A stretch of DNA of 46,557 nucleotides from Verrucomicrobiia bacterium (GCA_035279985.1 DATEGR010000067.1:1-46557); one strand, 5' to 3'. Positions 26,776 to 35,860 are shown, counted from the stretch's first letter. Program-made: numbers and translations. The notes: generated by a model from the letters alone, not told the origin.

Positions 26776-27753
26776 ATGAACGATACGTTTGGCCGCACTG
26801 TTGATTATTTGCGCATCTCGATTACCGATCGATGCAACGAACGGTGTCTCTACTGCATGCCGGAAGGCTACAAAGGCTGGGAAAGCAGGCAGGACCATCT
26901 GACCGCGGACGAAATCATCCGGGCGGTGCGCGTGGCGGCAGAACTGGGCTTCCGAAAATTCCGGCTGACGGGCGGCGAACCGCTGGTGCGCGGCGATATT
27001 TTGGAAATCATCCGGGGCATGAAACAAATTTCCGGCGTGGAAGTGATTGGGCTTTCGACGAACGGGATCAAGCTCGCCGGGCTGGCGCAGCCGCTGCGCG
27101 ACGCGGGAGCCAACACGGTCAACATCAGTCTCGATGCACTGGATCCGCGGGTTTACCGGCAGGTGACCGGCGGCGACGTGAATGCCGTCATTGCCGGCAT
27201 CCGCGCCGCCGTAGCGGCGGGTTTCGACCGCGTGAAACTGAACTGCGTGCTCATGCGCGGCGTCAATGAGCAGGAACTCTGGCCGCTCGTTCTGTTTGCG
27301 GCTGAACACCGCCTGCCGTTGCGGTTGATCGAGCTGATGCCCTTGACGCGAACGGACGTCCTGACGGAGAAGAACTTTCTGCCGGTCGGCGAAGCGATGC
27401 AGTTGCTGGGCCAGCGCGACGAATTGATTCCCCGGCCGGACGTGAAGATTGGCCATGGCCCGGCAAAGTATTTTCTGTTGAAACAAACCGGCGCACTGGT
27501 GGGTTTCGTCGGGGCGCTGACGAATCTTCAATTTTGCGAGAACTGCAACAAAATGAGGCTCACGTCGGACGGGAAAATCCGTCCCTGTCTCGGGGATCAC
27601 GGCGAAATTGATTTGCGCGAGGCCCTGCGCAATCACAGTGACGATACGGTATTGCGGCAATTATTCCTGGAAGCCTTGCGTTTGAAACCCCAGGAACATC
27701 AATTCCGCGACCTCTACCAGCCGCTGCGTCCGATGACGGCCATCGGCGGATGA
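26776..27753 (+). CDS. moaA: GTP 3',8-cyclase (radical SAM)
   Basis: YLRISITDRCNERCLYCMPE (CxxxCxxC radical-SAM cluster), LTGGEPL, and C-terminal cluster CENCNKMRLTSDGKIRPCL. Start at ATG 26776 rather than the track's 26659. Confidence 0.9.
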   Translation: MNDTFGRTVDYLRISITDRCNERCLYCMPEGYKGWESRQDHLTADEIIRAVRVAAELGFRKFRLTGGEPLVRGDILEIIRGMKQISGVEVIGLSTNGIKLAGLAQPLRDAGANTVNISLDALDPRVYRQVTGGDVNAVIAGIRAAVAAGFDRVKLNCVLMRGVNEQELWPLVLFAAEHRLPLRLIELMPLTRTDVLTEKNFLPVGEAMQLLGQRDELIPRPDVKIGHGPAKYFLLKQTGALVGFVGALTNLQFCENCNKMRLTSDGKIRPCLGDHGEIDLREALRNHSDDTVLRQLFLEALRLKPQEHQFRDLYQPLRPMTAIGG

Positions 27754-27801
27754 CCTGACCCCGCCGGAACCTGTATCAGGAAGCCGCAACCGGGCAATGG
27801 T

Positions 27802-27915
27802 TTAAGGGGCGTGACTGACCACGACGCGGCGAAACGCCTGCATACTGAACGTCAGCTGAGTTCGAAGAAGCGAACCGAAGGACAAAAAATAACCCCCAGG
27901 AAAGTCAAACAGCTT
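27802..27915 (-). pseudogene. Decayed 3' remnant of a gene encoding the shared C-terminal FYR-type domain
   Basis: The minus-strand frame reads ...LTFSMQAFRRVVVSHAP*, matching the GH5 C-terminus ...GFYRVVVSHAP*. At DNA level, 27786..27828 matches 34341..34383 at 37 of 43 positions, including the stop codon and 3' flank. No plausible start codon or upstream domain. Confidence 0.45.
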
Positions 27916-28067
27916 TTACACATTATTAGTTGGTCGGCGGACTTTGTTTACTTTAACTTCCGACATTCAAGAAAAAACCCATCCTCCCCAAATTATTTTA
28001 GAGGTTGCATTTTCTGATTTGGAGCTTTCCTGCAAGAAAGCTATCTTCGTTGACGAGTATTCAATAT

Positions 28068-28709
28068 ATGACTCAACCAATGACTTTATTGGCGGACGAC
28101 TCGATTCCGACCCGATACAGTTTGCTGAGCCGGTTGCAGAATTGGGATGACCAGGAAAGTTGGAAGGATTTTTTTGACACCTATTGGCGGCTGATCTATT
28201 CGAGCGCGCTCAAATCAGGTTTGACGGAATCCGAGGCTCAGGACGTGGTTCAGGAAACGGTCATTTCCGTGGCCAAGGACATCCACAAGTTCAAACGTGA
28301 CCGGGCGCTGGGTTCCTTCAAGGGTTGGTTGCGGAACGTAACCCGCTGGCGAATTGCGGATCAATTGCGAAAGCGAACACGGCACGGGCGGGTAGAAAAC
28401 CCGGAAAGCCAAGGGGAGAGCCGGGCCGTGGACGTCGCTCAAATTCCTGAACCGGCTGGCGATGAGTTGGAGTCCGTTTGGGAAGCTGACTGGCAGGCAA
28501 ATTTGTTGGAGGCAGCGATTGCAAAGGTCAAGCGTTCCGTCAAGGAAGAGCATTTTCAAATGTTTGATTTGTATGTGATTCAGCAATGGCCGGCCGGGAA
28601 AGTGGCCCGGACGCTGGGCGTGAATGTCGGGCAGGTTTATCTGGCCAAACACCGCGTTTCCGCGTTAATCAAGCACGAAGCACGCCGGTTGGAGAAAAAA
28701 TGGGAGTGA
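28068..28709 (+). CDS. ECF-type sigma-70 family RNA polymerase sigma factor
   Basis: Region 2 DVVQETVISVAKDIHKFKRDRALGSFKGWLRNVTRWRIADQLRKR. Region 4 HTH AGKVARTLGVNVGQVYLAKHRVSALIK. N-terminal TRYSLLSRLQNWDDQESWKDFFDTYWRLIY typical of PVC-type ECFs. ATG 28068 chosen over the track's 28005. Confidence 0.8.
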   Translation: MTQPMTLLADDSIPTRYSLLSRLQNWDDQESWKDFFDTYWRLIYSSALKSGLTESEAQDVVQETVISVAKDIHKFKRDRALGSFKGWLRNVTRWRIADQLRKRTRHGRVENPESQGESRAVDVAQIPEPAGDELESVWEADWQANLLEAAIAKVKRSVKEEHFQMFDLYVIQQWPAGKVARTLGVNVGQVYLAKHRVSALIKHEARRLEKKWE

Positions 28710-29794
28710 AACGGAGTCGAACACGGGATAGAACGTTCTTTGTTACCAGAATGAGGCAGCGTGGTGGTATGGTTTGCCGATTATTTAAAGCGGGACCTTT
28801 TATGCAGGAGCCATTGGAACCGGCCCGAGATGCCGAGGCAGTTTCTCCCAAAACCTCGCAGTTGCCTGCCGTTCCCGATCACCAGATGGTTCGCTTGATT
28901 GGCAGCGGCAGCGGTGGCGACGTGTGGCTGGCAAAAAATGCGCTCGGCACCTACCGCGCCGTCAAAATCGTGCAAGAGCGGTCGTTCAAACAGCGCCGGC
29001 CTTTCGAACGGGAGTTCAATGGTGTGTTGAAATTCGAGCCGGTGTCGCGCTTGCACGACGGATTGGTAAATGTCCTCCAGGTGGGACACAATGAAGCGGC
29101 GGGATATTTTTACTGCGTGATGGAACTGGCGGATGACATTGCCACCGGCCAGCTGATTATTCCTGAATGCTATTATCCCCGCACTCTCGAATACGATTTT
29201 CGCCAGCGCGGCCGCTTGCCCATCGGCGAATGTGTCCGGCTGGGTGCGGCTATTGCGTCAGCCCTCGGTTTCCTGCATCGGCACGGCTTGATCCATCGCG
29301 ACATCAAACCCTCCAACATCATTTTTGTGAACGGCTTTCCCAAACTGGCAGATATGGGATTGGTCACGGAATCGTCCGAAACCACCATGCGCGTGGGCAC
29401 CGAAGGCTTTATGCCGCCGGAAGGGGCCGGCACCGCCCAGGCGGACATTTACTCCCTGGGAAAAGTCCTGTACGAAATCAGCACCGGTTTGGATCGGAAC
29501 GATTACCCGTCGCTGCCGACGCCGTTAGCGGACACCCCCGAGGACCGGGATATGCTCTCGCTTAATCGAATCGTCCTGAACGCCTGCCGCGGCGATACGA
29601 GCCGCCGTTATCAAACTGCGGAAGAGCTGTTGGCCGCCTTGCTGTCCTTACAGTTCTCCCACTACAACCCGGGCCGTGAGCGGTTTAATCTGCGCCTGAT
29701 CAAAATCATCGGAATTATCGGCGCCATTGTTGGATTCACGGTTGTCATCGCCGCGGTTTGGCGCCTCCTCTGGCTTTTGGAACATGGCCCATGA
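28700..29794 (+). CDS. Ser/Thr protein kinase, tail-anchored by a single C-terminal TM helix
   Basis: Gly loop IGSGSGGDVW, catalytic Lys in YRAVKIV, catalytic loop HRDIKPSNI, DMG in place of DFG, GTEGFMPPE. C-terminal TM IKIIGIIGAIVGFTVVIAAVWRLLWLL with about 5 residues beyond it. ATG 28700 follows GGAGA and overlaps the sigma stop; a later start at 28802 is possible. Confidence 0.8.
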   Translation: MGVKRSRTRDRTFFVTRMRQRGGMVCRLFKAGPFMQEPLEPARDAEAVSPKTSQLPAVPDHQMVRLIGSGSGGDVWLAKNALGTYRAVKIVQERSFKQRRPFEREFNGVLKFEPVSRLHDGLVNVLQVGHNEAAGYFYCVMELADDIATGQLIIPECYYPRTLEYDFRQRGRLPIGECVRLGAAIASALGFLHRHGLIHRDIKPSNIIFVNGFPKLADMGLVTESSETTMRVGTEGFMPPEGAGTAQADIYSLGKVLYEISTGLDRNDYPSLPTPLADTPEDRDMLSLNRIVLNACRGDTSRRYQTAEELLAALLSLQFSHYNPGRERFNLRLIKIIGIIGAIVGFTVVIAAVWRLLWLLEHGP

Positions 29795-30019
29795 CAGGCA
29801 GCGTTCTTTTTGGAGAAAAAGTTTTGAAAGAACCGTTGTTGTTCGCACGAGTTAATAGTAGATAACCAGGTTGAGTGGCATTGAAAGTTGGGCACTGAAT
29901 GCGTCGTATGAACCAGGACAGTTGAGTCTATGACAAAACAACACGCGCTATGGGGTTCGGTTCGGGCAAGACATTGCGGCCCAAGGGATTCCGGTTGCGC
30001 CCCAAATCATCCAGCCTTT

Positions 30020-31000
30020 ATGAAGACTTTTACTGACTTTCTCGCTCATCCGGAAAACACCCGGCGAACATCATTGGCTGGCGGTTGTCCTGACCGCGGT
30101 TTTACGCTCGTTGAACTGCTGGTAGTGCTGGGAACGGTCGCCGTGCTGGCATTGGTGCTGGTGCCGGCGCTGGCGAGCACCAAAACAGACACTTGGCTAA
30201 TCCAATGCCAAAACAACCTGAAACAGCTCCAGGTGGGCTTCCAACTTTTTGCGCGAGACCACAATGATATGTTCCCGCCTGCCGGAGACCAGACGTTGAG
30301 CGGCAGACAATTGGCGTGGGACGCCTATATTCACCACTATTTTGGCGATACCAATTCAGACGCTTCGTGGACCGCTGGAATTCTGCTTGCCGGCTCCTCA
30401 CCAACGATGGCAAGGCTCGAATTATGCCCGGCGGATCGATTTCCAAAAGTGATCTGGCTGACCAGCCCGCCTGCATTCGCGCTAAGGTCTTATGCTGTGA
30501 ACAGTGTGGGGCCCAATTATGGAACTCAATTCCAGATCAGTACCTCGGGCGGGACCTATCCCTTGCCCGATTTAAACCAGCCGGGTTATCATGGTGTCGG
30601 AATTTATTGGCAGAGCTCGGGTGTGTTGCCGGACTGGGATGCGAAAGGTTACAAATCGTCCGTGGTAAAGGACCCCGGCGGCACCATCCTGTTGTGCGAA
30701 GAAACCGGCGGCCAGCAGTGTGTAGGCAACATTTGGACCTGCATTTGCAACGGCCCGCAAACCTCGCAACATGGCGGCGTCAATGGCAACCTTTACCAGA
30801 TTGACACGACCTCCATCCCTCAAAATCCCAATAGCAGCGCCGGTGTAAATCAGGGGAATCTATTATACAACTCGCATGGAGGCCGATTCAACTACGCTTT
30901 CCACGATGGTCACGTGGCCGCGCTCAAAATCGAGCAAACGGTCGGCAGCGGAACCATCAGCGCACCTGAAGGCATGTGGACCGTGACGCCGGGGGACTGA
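30020..31000 (+). CDS. Prepilin-type N-terminal cleavage/methylation domain protein, DUF1559-like with exact H-X9-DG motif
   Basis: G|FTLVELLVVLGTVAVLALVLVPALASTK. CQNNLKQLQVGFQLFARDHND. C-terminal HGGRFNYAFHDGHV (H-X9-DG). ATG 30020 preferred over the track's 29930. Confidence 0.8.
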   Translation: MKTFTDFLAHPENTRRTSLAGGCPDRGFTLVELLVVLGTVAVLALVLVPALASTKTDTWLIQCQNNLKQLQVGFQLFARDHNDMFPPAGDQTLSGRQLAWDAYIHHYFGDTNSDASWTAGILLAGSSPTMARLELCPADRFPKVIWLTSPPAFALRSYAVNSVGPNYGTQFQISTSGGTYPLPDLNQPGYHGVGIYWQSSGVLPDWDAKGYKSSVVKDPGGTILLCEETGGQQCVGNIWTCICNGPQTSQHGGVNGNLYQIDTTSIPQNPNSSAGVNQGNLLYNSHGGRFNYAFHDGHVAALKIEQTVGSGTISAPEGMWTVTPGD

Positions 31001-31003
31001 ACG

Positions 31004-34000
31004 ATGGCGATTCATGAACTATCCCGGCAGCGATTAAGCAAAGCAAAACTATTAATGACACAAGCCATGAAAACGAGAACTGACATCGGCAGCGAATTCA
31101 CGTTCCGAAACGTGCGCATCGGGCTGGCAGTCGCGAAGTTTTTCGGCAGGAATCTCATTGTGGCGGTCTGGTTGTCCGTGTTCGGTATTTTCGTTGCCTC
31201 GGTCAGTGCGCTGCCCGTGGCGTTGATCTCGGCGCGAAACCCCTCCGTGCCGCTGTCCACAGGGGGCGACGGCAATTCCATCGTTTCCAGCGTGAGTCCC
31301 AATGGCCGTTTTGTGGTTTTTACCAGCGCAGCCAATGACTTGACGCCCGGCGGCAACAATCTTTACAGCCTGAACGTTTTTCTCCGTGATCGGACCGGCC
31401 AAACCACCACGCTGATCAGCGGCAACTCGAATGGCACTGGCGGCGGAAACGGCGATTCGATGTCCGGCCAGGTTTCCGCCAATGGCCGCTATGTTGTGTT
31501 TCAAAGCGATGCCAGCGACCTCGTGCCCGGAGATACCAACGGGGCCAGCGACATCTTCGTGCATGATACCTATACGGACACAACCCGGCTCATCAGCGTG
31601 GCGATGGACGGCGGTTTTGCCAATGGGGCTTCCACCGACCCGGTTATGACGCCGGACGGCACCTGCGTGGCCTTCATCAGCAGTGCGTCGGACCTGGTTC
31701 CGAACGACACCAATGGCATACCCGATGTGTTCGTGCGGGATTTGCTTACCCAAACGACCTGGCTGGTGAGCGTCGGGGCGCTCCTTCCCTCCGGCAGCCT
31801 CAACCCGATCATGGCGACATCGGTCATCACGCCGGATGGCCGGTACGTGGCATTTTTCAGTCTCGCCACAAATCTGGTGCCTGGAGTTCCCGGCACCTCC
31901 GCCGGCGAGGTGTATGTGCGCGACCGGGCAACCGGGAAGACGACCTGGGCCAGCACCAATGCTGCGGCGATTGTGTCTGCCGCACTCGGCCTGAGCAATG
32001 CGCCGGCTTATCATCCGCGGCTGAGCGACGACGGTCGCGACGTTGCCTTCAAAGCCGGCTCAACCAGTCAGACTGGCGCGGTGGTCATCCTGGAATATGA
32101 TTCGACAACCGCCACGACAACGGTGATCAACACGAATGGTATTGGTTGGTACCCCGATCTCAATGACGACTATGGCCCGGTAATGACGCCAGACGGCCGT
32201 TTCATTGCCTTTGCCACACACGAGGGTACCGTCGATTCGGGTTATTCCAGTGTTCATGTTTGGGATACCCAAAGCGCAATAGACACACTTGTCAGCGGCA
32301 GTGGCAGCGGCGGCCTGACCAATACGGTTTCCTATATGCCGGTCATCAGCACGAACGGCCAGTTCGTGGTGTTCTTGAGCAATGCCACCAATCTGACCGC
32401 CAACGCGGTGTCCAATGGCTTTCATATTTACCGGCGTAATCTGCAATCCGGCACCAAGCAATTGGCAGACGTGGACACCAATGGCGTCGGTTCGACCGAT
32501 GACGAACTGACATCCTTAAGCCTGAGCGCGGATGGCCAATTCGTTGCCTTCAGCAGCCCGGACGGGAGCCTTGTCAACCTGGATATAAACCATGCAGACG
32601 ACGTTTTCGGTCGCGACTTCGTTGCCGGGGCCACGGAAATAATTTCAGAACGCGACCCGGCGGTGATTCCTCAGTCGGGCGACGGCTTCAGCGTATTGGG
32701 TCAATGGTCAGTCAGTGCCAACGGGCAGTGGGCGGCGTTTGCCAGCGCGGCAGATGATCTGGTGCCAAATGAGACGAACCAGGAGCCCGACGTTTTCGTG
32801 CGTGACCGGGTGAACGGTACCAATCTGCTGGTCAGCGCCGGGCTGAACGGCAGTTCGGCCCTGGGTGGCGGTTCTGGAAACGCGGTCATCAGCCCGGATG
32901 GCCGTTATGTGGCGTTCCTCAGCGGGGCCAGCAACCTGGTCGCCGGTCCAATCAACACCTGCGCCAACGTGTTCCGCCGCGATCTGCAAACGGGCGCCAC
33001 TGTGCTGGTCAGTGTTGGAACTGATGGCATCAGCCCCGGGAACAGCGACGCTTCCGATTTGGCCATGAGTTCAGATGGGCAGTATATTGCTTTTGTCAGC
33101 CGGGCCATTAATCTGGTTTCGGGAATCACCAGCGGGGTGAACACGTATTGGCGGGACGTGAACTTGGGACAGACCGTGGGACTGAAAGGTGCCAATTATT
33201 ATGCTTTTGGTCCTTCCCTGAGCAGCGACGGTCGTTATGTCGCCTACGCGTTTGGTGTTTCTGCTTCAACCGTCAGATTACAAATCCGGGATACCCAAGT
33301 GGGAACCGACATCTATACCAATTCGGGAACAGTAACGTCGGCAGCGATTGACCCGACCGGGAGCAAAATCTTTTATCGCATTGCCAACACTCTCTACGTG
33401 GACAACATCAATCCCAGAACAAATCTTTTCTCGATTTCGACTACATCCACCTCTCCGATTCGGAATGGCGGCGGCTGGAGCGATGATGGCCGCTGGCTGA
33501 CATTTGTATCCACCGCCAACTTGACAGGTGGAGACGACGGCACCAACAAGGTTTACCTGCTCGATTTCCAGACCGGCACGCTCACCCTGGTCGGTCTGGC
33601 CGGTCCGGGGACCGGCAGCATGGATGCGCTTTCGGACGGGCCGGTCATGAGCGGCAACGGCCGGTTCGTCGCCTATCGCAGCGTCGTGGTCAACACGGTC
33701 ATCGGGGACAACACGGCACCCCCGAACCTGTTTCTGCTCGACCGCCTGACGGGGTCCAGCACGGTGCTGGCCATCGGGCCGAACAGTTCGGGCCCGATAG
33801 TATGGACGTCCCGACCGGTGATCTGCGACAATGGGGCGACGGTGGCTTTCCTGGATATGGGTTCGAGTCTGGTGGTCGGCGACCTCAATCGGGAACCCGA
33901 TGTCTTCGGCGCTTCCGTGGATATCAATGCCGCCCTCGTGGACAGTGATGCCGATGGAATTCCAGACTGGTGGATGATGAAATATTTCGGTCATCTGACC

Positions 34001-34324
34001 GGACAGACCAATGACCTGTCGCTCGCGCAGGATGACGCCGACGGCGATGGCGTTTCCAACTTGCAGGAATATCTGGCCGGCACCAGCCCGATTGACCCCA
34101 CCTCGGTGTTCAAGCTTGCACCAACAGTGCCGGTCAACAACACCGTGGGCCTGACCTGGCCCGCGGTGATGGGCCGGAGCTACCAAATCCAGTTCAAGAC
34201 CAATTTGACCGATTCCGTGTGGTTCACCCTGCCAAGTGGTGCCTGGGTAATGGGCGGGCAAGGTCACTATCTTGCCCCGGCACCTGTACCCAACGGCTTT
34301 TACCGTGCCATGGAGTCGAATTAA
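31004..34324 (+). CDS. Giant secreted/anchored protein with ~16 PD40/TolB-like beta-propeller repeats, a TSP3-like acidic Ca-binding segment and the shared C-terminal FYR-type domain
   Basis: N-terminal TM/signal anchor. Repeats of the form [VS][MIS][ST].[DN]G[RQ][FY][VI][AV]F.S.A..L and ...DVFVRD. DSDADGIPDWW ... DDADGDGVSNLQEYLAGTSPIDP. Tail VGLTWPAVMGRSYQIQFKTNLTDSVWFTL...NGFYRAMESN. Starts 4 nt after the DUF1559 gene stop. Confidence 0.8.
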   Translation: MAIHELSRQRLSKAKLLMTQAMKTRTDIGSEFTFRNVRIGLAVAKFFGRNLIVAVWLSVFGIFVASVSALPVALISARNPSVPLSTGGDGNSIVSSVSPNGRFVVFTSAANDLTPGGNNLYSLNVFLRDRTGQTTTLISGNSNGTGGGNGDSMSGQVSANGRYVVFQSDASDLVPGDTNGASDIFVHDTYTDTTRLISVAMDGGFANGASTDPVMTPDGTCVAFISSASDLVPNDTNGIPDVFVRDLLTQTTWLVSVGALLPSGSLNPIMATSVITPDGRYVAFFSLATNLVPGVPGTSAGEVYVRDRATGKTTWASTNAAAIVSAALGLSNAPAYHPRLSDDGRDVAFKAGSTSQTGAVVILEYDSTTATTTVINTNGIGWYPDLNDDYGPVMTPDGRFIAFATHEGTVDSGYSSVHVWDTQSAIDTLVSGSGSGGLTNTVSYMPVISTNGQFVVFLSNATNLTANAVSNGFHIYRRNLQSGTKQLADVDTNGVGSTDDELTSLSLSADGQFVAFSSPDGSLVNLDINHADDVFGRDFVAGATEIISERDPAVIPQSGDGFSVLGQWSVSANGQWAAFASAADDLVPNETNQEPDVFVRDRVNGTNLLVSAGLNGSSALGGGSGNAVISPDGRYVAFLSGASNLVAGPINTCANVFRRDLQTGATVLVSVGTDGISPGNSDASDLAMSSDGQYIAFVSRAINLVSGITSGVNTYWRDVNLGQTVGLKGANYYAFGPSLSSDGRYVAYAFGVSASTVRLQIRDTQVGTDIYTNSGTVTSAAIDPTGSKIFYRIANTLYVDNINPRTNLFSISTTSTSPIRNGGGWSDDGRWLTFVSTANLTGGDDGTNKVYLLDFQTGTLTLVGLAGPGTGSMDALSDGPVMSGNGRFVAYRSVVVNTVIGDNTAPPNLFLLDRLTGSSTVLAIGPNSSGPIVWTSRPVICDNGATVAFLDMGSSLVVGDLNREPDVFGASVDINAALVDSDADGIPDWWMMKYFGHLTGQTNDLSLAQDDADGDGVSNLQEYLAGTSPIDPTSVFKLAPTVPVNNTVGLTWPAVMGRSYQIQFKTNLTDSVWFTLPSGAWVMGGQGHYLAPAPVPNGFYRAMESN

Positions 34325-34356
34325 TCGCCCCTGGAAATCGGCGACCGGGTTGCGGT

Positions 34357-35697
34357 TTAAGGCGCGTGACTGACCACGACGCGATAGAAGCCTTGCGGAT
34401 CTGATCCCAGACTTACCTTGAAAGGCGCATTGGTGCCCACGGAGCCCGGGGAGGCCACGTTGGTAACGGCCGAACCCAAATTTATCCAATTGGCGCTGGA
34501 CGTCAGGTCGGTTGAATACTGGACCTGATAGACAAAACCCTGTGGAGCAGCGTATTGAAATTGGGTGTTGTTGTTGACGAGTTGCAGTGTGGGGACTGGC
34601 AGCGGGAAGAACTGTTTAATGATGCTCATGGTCGGCTGGTCCTGCTGGCCAGACGTGCCGATGTTCGATGGTTCTATCGGGAAGGTGGGACTGCTGCCCC
34701 ACCACGGGCCGCCGCCCCAATAGGTCCAGCCAAGCCACACGTCCGCATTGGTTGAAATGTACGAGAGCATATTGGTCAACGCCGTACCACCATTCGGTAC
34801 TGAACCGAGGGTATTGCCGGGAACGGCGTACTCGCCAAGGAAAGCTTTCACATTGTAGGCCCTGGCCCAAGCGGTGAAATTGGTCAGGCGCTGCCAACCG
34901 ATATCCGTGCTGACGATGCCGTCGTTGCTGCCTGACCCGTCGGTATCCAGGTATTGATGAACCTCGACAACATAATTGTTGGCCGGATCCACAAGGTTAA
35001 GCATGGCATTGGAGTTCGCTGCTCCATAACTGTCGGATTGCGACCAGGTCCACGCGCCGGTCCATCGGTTGCCGGGTACAAAAATCAGATTACTGGCGCC
35101 CGCCGCCCGAATGCCCGCGATGGCCGCGTTTTCAGCCGCAATCATTTGCGTTTGTTGCAAAGCGTTCGGCTCGTTCATCAGGCCGAAAATGACATTGGGA
35201 TTATTCTTAAAGCTGCTGATATTGGCGACCTGATACCAGAAATTGGAAAACGCTGAGTTGGGCACAACGGAATTTCCGATTACACCGACGGTGCCGCTCT
35301 GCATGGTAGGGTACGTACTGTTGTCCGGCCAGTAGCGCTGGAAGTTGTGAGGATCGAGAATGACGCTCATACCCTGACCGCTGGCGTAAGAAACAAAAGA
35401 CACCAGCCGGTTGGATTCGGCGGAGTTGAACGCCGCGTTGTTGGTACGCTGTAACCGTTCCCAACGAAACGGGAGCCGGATGATGTTCATCCCCTTGCTC
35501 TGGTAGTAATTTACTTCCGTGTTGTTCGGATAAATATATTGGCTGCCATACGCGCCGGGTAAAGCTCCACCCGAAGAGATGACATCGCCGAATTCGGCCC
35601 CGGAAAGATTGACACCGGCGTATTGGATGTCGGCGGAACTGGAAAAAACGAAGGCAAAGCCAAAAAGAACTAAACTCGAGAGAATGCGCTTGTTCAC
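34357..35697 (-). CDS. Glycoside hydrolase family 5 endoglucanase-like enzyme with the shared C-terminal FYR-type domain
   Basis: Signal peptide (GTG start). GVNLSGAEFG, IIRLPFRWERLQ, LMNEPN (acid/base), FLGEYA (nucleophile). Tail YQVQYSTDLTSSANWINL...QGFYRVVVSHAP. Confidence 0.85.
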   Translation of the reverse strand: MNKRILSSLVLFGFAFVFSSSADIQYAGVNLSGAEFGDVISSGGALPGAYGSQYIYPNNTEVNYYQSKGMNIIRLPFRWERLQRTNNAAFNSAESNRLVSFVSYASGQGMSVILDPHNFQRYWPDNSTYPTMQSGTVGVIGNSVVPNSAFSNFWYQVANISSFKNNPNVIFGLMNEPNALQQTQMIAAENAAIAGIRAAGASNLIFVPGNRWTGAWTWSQSDSYGAANSNAMLNLVDPANNYVVEVHQYLDTDGSGSNDGIVSTDIGWQRLTNFTAWARAYNVKAFLGEYAVPGNTLGSVPNGGTALTNMLSYISTNADVWLGWTYWGGGPWWGSSPTFPIEPSNIGTSGQQDQPTMSIIKQFFPLPVPTLQLVNNNTQFQYAAPQGFVYQVQYSTDLTSSANWINLGSAVTNVASPGSVGTNAPFKVSLGSDPQGFYRVVVSHAP

Positions 35698-35860
35698 AAG
35701 TAAAACAATGTCGGGTGAATGTAGAGAGGTTAACCGGTCCTTCAGCCCGGTTCAATCAAAAATGCACAAAATCCCGATATTTTCCCTCAAGTTTTCACCA
35801 AAAGGGTTTGACTCCGCCGATTATTCTCTGTCGAAGCAGATGGAGTTTTCGCTGATATGC

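Noticed and set aside
26662-27660. 332-aa minus-strand ORF
   Set aside because: It is antisense to moaA, which has an unambiguous radical-SAM CxxxCxxC motif.
27811-28150. Two overlapping 68-aa ORFs in the AT-richer spacer, and the 62-aa hydrophobic minus-strand ORF at 44341..44529
   Set aside because: They have no recognisable motifs. They overlap the remnant of the shared C-terminal domain, the sigma-factor leader or the VOC gene start, and their codon composition is atypical for the window.
31052-32014. 320-aa minus-strand ORF here, and a 403-aa minus-strand ORF at 33278..34489
   Set aside because: Both are antisense to the PD40-repeat gene. The second also runs across the convergent gene junction. 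Neither has recognisable motifs.
35714-35726. CTCTACATTCACC (minus-strand reading) ~20 nt upstream of the GH5 start, which partly resembles the conserved CTCTACATTTGTG motif
   Set aside because: Only a 9-nt match (CTCTACATT), and the GTGAGGCTA half is missing. This could easily be chance, so it is not counted as a fourth copy.
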